DNA of 50,047 nucleotides, counting the filler, from Streblomastix strix (taxonomy: Eukaryota): the NCBI GenBank assembly GCA_008636045.1. It is 2 parts of 2 records of this genome, joined end to end, with 100 filler letters (N's around TTAATTAATTAA, not from the genome) between each part and the next. Parts side by side here need not be neighbours in the genome. Positions count along the whole stretch, not along the records: positions 25,081 to 50,047 come from SNRW01000218.1; 1 more part is not named here. One strand, 5' to 3'. Below the pieces are notes generated by a model. It was given only the letters and a program-made list of their open reading frames with translations, did no database searches and had not been told where the DNA came from. The stretch's first letter is position 1. Every line of letters begins with the position of its first letter. Below are positions 42,441-50,047 of the stretch, in pieces. The translations under genes and the position numbers were made by a program.

Positions 42441-43156
42441 GCATTGTGTAGTAAATTAAATAATACTTGTCTTTCTATGTTTACAAGTTAAAATGTTTAA
42501 TTTGAAGTTAAGCTAATAAAATACGATAATAAATCAAAAAATTGATTACTTTATTTAATTAAATTAATTTATATTATTTATAATAATTATAATCTGCTTG
42601 TTTTCTGAAATTCATAAAAATCGGAAAATATTCTTTCATCATTTTTTTACTAATCACAATCATTCAAACAGTATGATACACGATATTCTACTATGCATAA
42701 CTACATGTTGATAATAATGCATTTTAAAATGAATTTTAATGAACATTCTCAGAGTTTTTTTTTACAAATCATTTTTTTTACCTCAATTAGCTTCTATAAA
42801 CATTTATTTAACTATTTTTTATGCATAACTATAACTTAAATACAATTTGCAAACAAAAAAACTATTTTATTGATCGAAAAAAGCTAAAAATCTCATTCGA
42901 TATTTTGTTTTGAAAGTCTAACTGCGATAAGACTAAGAGATTAGATTTAATTTAATTAATACTGTTCTATATTTAATAAATTGTAAGCTTTATTTTCATT
43001 TGTAAATACACAAAAACTTACCTGATTATAAACATACAGGTACAATTCTCAAAAATCTAAATCTCTCTTAACACTGATTATTTCAAGTTTATCTAATTTT
43101 ATAATTATTTTCTTTTATGCATTTTAATCTAGATCAAATAATTACATAAACAATTA

Positions 43157-46100
43157 ATGGATGGATTAATGATTCCTCGTGGAAAACGTGTTGATCCATC
43201 TTTGATGCTAAATGCCTTCCTCGCCAAAAATCACTTCTACTCTCAGACGAATGTTATAAAACTACGCGAACTTAACAGCGAGAAAACAGAGCAGTTCTTA
43301 CAAAATTTAGGCCAACTTGAACAAGCTATAACACAAATAATGGGCAAGGTTAAAATATTAAAATAACCAGAGATTGATGATTTCAGAGACAGTATCGCCA
43401 GATTACGAAGAGAAATCAAAGTTCCATTTTCACGACTCTCCGACAAGTATTTGTCATAGGGTAAGAAAATGAAACTATCCTTCTAACAATCAGTATATGA
43501 ACCAACATGCCTTACAATAGATCCATAAATACTCCCTTTAACTTTTCCAGCTAAAATCTATTCATACAATGGAGATAATGTGAAAGATCTCACACTTGAG
43601 AGAAACATCACAGCATCTGAGCTTGTAAGCAAATTCTACAGCACTGAGTAATTAACAGAAGATTTGGTGCTTACAGCTAAAGTTAGAGGGAGTGGAGGAT
43701 ATTATCTCCCATTTGAATTGATCACCTCTAAGATGTCCATTCGTGAAGCTCTGACATCAAAGCCTCCAAAACCTGTTGAATTGAATCTGGTTAATATCGA
43801 AGAGTTGAACGAATAGAGAGAATTGTCAGGAGGTGATCAGTGCATTGAAATATTGGATAAACACGTAATTAAATTCAAAGACAAGCAATAATTGAGTGAA
43901 TAATAGATAGAGTATGAAAGTAACAGATTATCATCACTAGATTCAGATACACCTTTTGCCTTTGATATTCTTGGTATAGACAATCTCAATACAGAATGGT
44001 CAGAGAATCTAAAAGATTAACTTGATGAATCTGAGAAGAGGAGACCTAAGAAAGGAAAAGGAAGTGAACAAGATATTGGATTACCCAATTATTAGCTAAT
44101 ATAATCTTCTATTGGAGGAGCTTAAGGCATTATTCCTACTCTTGGTGCATGGGGAGGTGGATAGAACTCAGGAAGTATGGCTTTGGAAGAGCTTAATGCA
44201 GGGATCTATATAACAGCTGTAATATCTTTCAATGGATAACCTTTTAGAGATCTGGATATGATATCTCCATTAGTTCCATGTGCATCACATCCAAGGTTCC
44301 ATTGTGGTATGAGATCAACTACTCTTGTGAGGGATATACCATCAGATGCAAGACTATGCTTCACTGTATATCTAAGAATGGCTCCAAATGAACCTAAATT
44401 GAGTAATATTGGAGAGAGAATCAACTAATAGAATCTTCCTGGTGAAGGGAGATGGTCAAATACTGGAGGTCTTATATTTGGAGATGTTCCTAAAGGAGCT
44501 GGAGTTATCAGGAAGAAAGCTAAGGATAAAGATTCAATTTAATAACCTGATCAATAAGGGTAATTAATGAAAGGGACAGCAGCTGCTATTAATGCAGTAG
44601 GTACATAAGGAAGTGAAGGAGATATAGTTATTGGATGGGTATCATGCCCAGTATTTGATTATAGAGGGGTACTTAATTCAGGTGTATAAGAACTGAGTCT
44701 ATGGCCTGATGAAGAAGCGCAGCTTATTGGGACTTGTAATGGGAACTTGGGGAACTACCTTGCACCTCGTTTGGTTATAAGGTTTTAGAGATTCATTACT
44801 CCAATTGTGTTTCCTAAGAATATAACATCAGCTGAAGAAGAGCAGATGCTTAGATAGGAGAAGTAGAAGTCTTTGGAGAATAGAAGGAAACTTCAGATGC
44901 AATAATCAGCTGCAATAAGGAAGTAATAAGAAGAATTGATACAATCCATTTCTAAAGCTTAAGATGCACAGAAATCAACACCATTATAACAATTGATGAA
45001 TTTAGACTCATAAACAATTGAGAGATATAAATTAATATACAACCATCCGTACCTTCTGAAATAAACACCTGCTACTCTTAAAAGGCCGATTTCAGTGTAT
45101 GAAAAGAGAACTGAAGAACCAATGAGATTAGAAATGGCTCGATCTCTCTATTCAAAGGAAGCAGAAGATTTTAAATCTTAATTGGCCATAATTGAGATAT
45201 TGATTCAACAGGCTAAAGAGAAAGCATTGAAAAAAGAGAAGAAGAAGAAGAACCATGTTCATAATAAGGATAAAAATAATGAGAAAGAAAAGAAGGATAA
45301 AAAAGATAAGAAGAAAGATAAAGATAAAGATAAATAAAAAGATAGGAGAACATCATAATCCTCACATGTGAATAAATTAGATTCTTCATAATCATCAATT
45401 CGCACAACAAACACAATCACTTCATCAGAACCATTTGTACAAACATCTTTCTTCTCATCACCTGCTCCTCCTTCATCTTCTTCTTATAAAACTAAATCAA
45501 ATGAAAAGGAGAAAGAAAAAGAAAAAGTTACTGAAATATCAAAATTTAAGAAAGATAATAATCCAATTAAGAAGAAAGAAGAAGAAAAAATTAAAACAAA
45601 GAGTGAAATTGATTTACGAAAGTAAACAGACAATTAATCATCATAATAACCAACTCCTCGCAGTATAGCATCTCCAGGTGGATAAGTATTTTAATCTCAA
45701 ACTGCTGCATCACCTTCAATACATGATGCATCACCACTTTAATAGAAAGAGAAGAAGAATAAGAAGAGGAAAGATAAAGACAAAGTAAAAGTTAAGAAGT
45801 AGAAATTAGGTAAAAATGTACTATTCCCTCGATTCAGCAAATAAACATCTCAATTAATAATTCCTCCTAAGAGAACATCTAAAATATCTGAACAAGAATA
45901 AGATAAAGACCTCATATTAGTTGATGTTGTCAATGCAACAACCCCATTATAGTCGATACATCCAATATAAGAGCACCAAGAATTAGACTCAATCTTAGCA
46001 CCCATATATTGGAGTGAGAGAATAGATGAATCAGTTATGGAAGATGGAGCTCGGCTTCCAACAGCTGAAGAATGGAGATAGTTGATGAAGTTGATCGCAT

Positions 46101-47962
46101 CTCCGCCTCTTAGAAAGATGGATATGAAGGAGGTTCAGTTGGTATAAGCATATAAATATGCACTAGTTGACATCCCAGCTGCACTTCCAAGGTACTTGTA
46201 GTCTGTTACATGGAATTCACCCAGACGTGTTCGTGAAGCGCATTACTTAGTTAGACATTGGGCTCCTCTTAATCCAACAGCTGCAATGGAGTTACTTGAT
46301 GGATAATATGCAGATCCAGTTGTGAGAAGCAAGGCTGTATCGTGGATTGATGGAATGTGCGATGAAGAGTTTGAACCGTTCATTTTATAGCTTGTTCAGT
46401 TACTGAAGATTGAATTGTATCATGATTCACATCTTGCGAGGCTGTTATTAAAGCGAGCATTGCTCAATCCATCTCTAATTGGTCACACACTATTCTGGAA
46501 TCTTAAAGCAGAGATGCATAATGGATATATAACAGAGAGATATGGTATAATGATATAGGAATATCTGAAAGGATGTGGTGCTCATAGAAAAGCGCTTCTG
46601 CATCAAACTCACGTCAAGGAATCACTTCTCCGTATAGCTAAGAATGTTTGTATGGCTCCAAAAGAATTGGGAAAGGAAGTTCTTCTTAAAGGACTCAAAT
46701 AGATCTCACTTCCTGAGACATTCAACCTTCCAATGATGCCTGACTTTGAAGCCATTGGAATCAATTCTGGGAGGTGCAGAGTTATGGACTCAAAGAAGAA
46801 ACCGCTTTGGCTCAATTTTGTGGGAAAAGAGGAAAGAAGAGAAGCTTAAGCGAGACAGTAACAGGATTACAGTGGACTTACTATTAGAAGTAGAGACATT
46901 GATAAATTCAAATCAGTTTCTTCCAATGATAATAGTAATAATTTGAGTAAAGCTAAATCCACTTCAAACAGCTTAACAACAAAATCGGAATTACAAACTA
47001 CAGTTGAATCCAATAATTCATAGAAAGATTAATAAATATAAATTCCAACATTAGATCATCCATTAACAATGTAAGGTCTTGATGTATTATTCAAAGTAGG
47101 CGATGACATCAGATAAGATTAGCTCACATTATAAGTGTTCAGAATTATGGATTTGTTATGGAAACGTGAAGGCTATGATTTTAGATTGAGTATATACACT
47201 GCACAATCAACAGGGAGAGATGAAGGATTCATCCAGATTGTGAAGAACTCACAGACAATTGGGAATATCATCAAAGGATACGGTGGTTCATTAGCAGCAT
47301 GGAACACGAAGCCAATTGTTGAATGGCTGAAGATGCACTGCCCACCAACAGGAGAAGGGATTGGAGATACTGGACTATCATATGCACAAGCTCAGGAGAA
47401 CTTTGCTTATTCGTGTGCTGGATACTGTGTAGCCACGTATGTGCTTGGAATAGGAGACAGACACAACGACAATTATATGATAACTAAATATGGGCACTTC
47501 TTCCACATCGACTTTGGACACATCTTGGGTCATTTTAAGAAGAAGTTTGGAGTGGAAAGAGAAACAGCACCATTCATTTTCACTCCAGCGTTTGCAGCTG
47601 TGCTCGATAACAAGACTGGGAACATGTATCGTGAGTTTCAAAGTCTCTGTGTGAAAGCATTCCTCATTCTCAGAAAACACGCTAATTTGATCATAAACCT
47701 TTATATGATGGTAATAATCTTTTTTTTTATTGTATAATAACCAATTTTCTTATTTTTTGTTGTGTGCTTATTAATTCAGATGCTACAAACTGGTATTCCC
47801 GAGTGCAAATCGGAAAAGGACATTGAATGGATACAAAAACATTTATCTTTGGAAAAGAGTGATAAAGATGCAGAAAAAGAAATGATTGAAAAGATAGAGG
47901 AGGCTAGGACGACTGGACGTACATAGTTTATGGATTTTATTCATCTTGCAATGCATTCGTGA
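43157..47962 (+). CDS. Class I-like phosphatidylinositol 3-kinase catalytic subunit
   Basis: C2-like region (LVRDIPSDARLCFTVY..IGWVSCPVFDYRGVL), helical domain (ALPRYLQSVTW..AMELLDGQYADPVVRSKAV) and kinase domain (VMDSKKKPLWL, FKVGDDIRQDQLTLQ, SCAGYCVATYVLGIGDRHNDN, FHIDFGH, RETAPF). One intron at 47711-47780. Confidence 0.95.
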
Positions 47963-48334
47963 TAAATATACAAGCTGTTAATGTATTTTAATAAACCTAT
48001 AACTTTTTATCAATTTTTTTTATGTTCATCAGATTTTCTAAAATTCTATTATTTGCGATTTATAAATTGATTCATGTTTTAAATAATCTGATATTAATTA
48101 AAATTCATTCATAATTCAGTCAATAACTCCATACTGTTCTTGTTTGAACAATAATTATTTAAATTTGTGCTCAACCAAGGTCCTGTTAATAATTATTCAA
48201 TTATATTGCATTAATACATAGTATAAGTCAAATGTAATTATTTTATTCAAATAATATTAATCGAAATCTATTATTGATAGAAAAATTCAAAAGAAAAAAA
48301 TATTTATTTGATTAATTTTTATATTTTATAGATA

Positions 48335-49282
48335 ATGAACAAAGTTAGTCGTCCTACGCTTATCTACAAACGTTTGATAACAATTTTTTATCTTTTATTG
48401 TTTTATTTATTTATCTTTTAAGGAAGGCCCTGGGCTATTTTGATATCTATTATTCCTATTATAGTTGGGATTGTAATGATTATTTTAGATCTTACAACCA
48501 TAGACGATCATGATATTTCAATATTTGTATTATCAATCATTATTATTTAATTTTATATTTCTATTCAAATTTCTTCAATTTATTTCAGCTCTACGCATAT
48601 GGATCTATGCTAATTGTTACAGGCATAGTATTATATATTTTTATATTATTAACTATAAATTATTGTTATTTTTGCTGCTTTTTAGTTTTTTGTGGTAGGA
48701 TCTTGGTTATACTTTAGCGATAAAATTGAATTTTCATGGGATATTGGACAATGTACTATATAAAATGGGAAATGTTGGGGGAAAACGTTTCGTTTTAATA
48801 TTAATGATATTGAAAATGTGGAATAATAGCCTTCACTAAGATGCTTTAATTCTATATTCAACAAAAATAAAATTATATTTTAATTTTTAAACGATTCTTC
48901 ACAACAATCTGATTTGGGATTATCTTAAGAATAAATAAGAGAAATAATTAATTTCATCAATAATTTCAAAGTTGCTCATAATAAACCTGCAATACCCAAT
49001 TAAATAAATGCATCTTTTTCATCTTAATAATAATAATACAACAGTTACTCAAAATTGTCCTATCAAAATATAAAACCTACTTCATCATTATTTTAACCCT
49101 AACTTGGAATATATTTCGCACCACCCGGAACAGATAATTATGGATATTAATCACATCAAGAACGTCCACCAACTCCTTTTCAACAAAAATCATTTGAAGA
49201 TCGTTTATTCTTAGATATGTAAAAAGAATAGAACCAGATTATTCAGCCTTAAAAACAGGAACCCATGATTAATCTTGAATGA
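48335..49282 (+). CDS. Hypothetical membrane protein with Gln/Pro-rich tail
   Basis: MNKVSRPTLIYK/..PWAILISIIPIIVGIVMIILD../..FSWDIGQCTIQNGKCWGKTFRFNINDIENVE.. ending MINLE*. Several introns; the model is approximate. Confidence 0.5.
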
Positions 49283-49547
49283 AAAATTACAGCAAATTTT
49301 AATGTAATATATTTTTATTAATTATATATCAATAACAAATAAATAACAAACTTGAATCAAATTTTGAGAATAATAAGATTTATGAATATTTTTAGTTGTT
49401 TATTCCCTCTTTACTTAAACTATACCATTAACATGACATGATACCTCTAATTTTTTGTGTAGTGTAAATGTGTAGTATGAAATTCAATACTTATATTACT
49501 CATATTCTAAATCACTTTATACAATTTTAAGATCTTAACTCTGCTAT

Positions 49548-50047
49548 TCAAACACGTTGTATTTCTGGGTGATAACTTACGCCTACGCTTTCTTCAGTTG
49601 TGTTCCCTCCATGCAACTGAAAATAAATAAAATGAAAATAATTATTGATAAATAAACAACAATAATAGTTATTAAGATTAAAATTTAATAATATTTATTT
49701 TTTAAGAAATATACCTTTCTCTTCACCAACAAGACAATCCCAACAATTGAAACGATGGATAATATTGTAAGAGACAAAGCAACGATTATCCATATACTGA
49801 AACCAGATTTCTCTTCTTCTTCATCATCTTAGAATTAAATATCATCAAAATAATAATAATCTGAATCTATTTTCTCATCCTTTTTATCTCCAACATATTC
49901 ACCATCTTCATCTTATTGTTCAGTTTCAGATGAATCTTAATCATCAATTTCAACTTATTCTTATTCTTTTTCATCTTTATATTCATCATAACTATCCTTT
50001 TATTCTTCATCAATTAACTTTTATTCACAATCTTCTGGTTTTTGATT
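49548..50047 (-). CDS. 3' end of a single-pass (type I) membrane protein
   Basis: Acidic Glu/Asp/Gln stalk, then SGFSIWIIVALSLTILSIVSIVGIVLLVKRK, an intron, and LHGGNTTEESVGVSYHPEIQRV*. Confidence 0.7.

Overview
This is AT-rich, intron-containing eukaryotic DNA in which TAA/TAG code for Gln and only TGA is a stop. The supplied ORF track treats TAA/TAG as stops and therefore fragments almost every real gene. The code and gene content (ARM repeats, NEK kinases, SPRY-like protein) resemble the oxymonad Streblomastix strix, which is an inference. An N-flanked TTAATTAATTAA linker at 24981-25080 suggests two separate contigs were joined. The left part holds a triple-PHD protein, a truncated kinase, two tandem three-domain pyridoxamine-5'-phosphate-oxidase-like (PNPOx) genes, a SPRY-like gene, an FG nucleoporin-like gene and a large ARM-repeat gene. 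It ends with a third, truncated PNPOx copy joined through a 201-bp AGTAGT-terminated inverted-repeat element to a compact, intronless virus-like module. That module is the most notable feature: a putative endogenous Polinton-like virus with a ~650-aa capsid candidate and a fibre-like protein, written in the host's reassigned code. The right part holds a NEK kinase with tandem repeats and poly-Gln, two very large low-complexity proteins, PIG-A, a class I PI3K and two membrane-protein genes. All gene models were translated by eye; no database searches were run.
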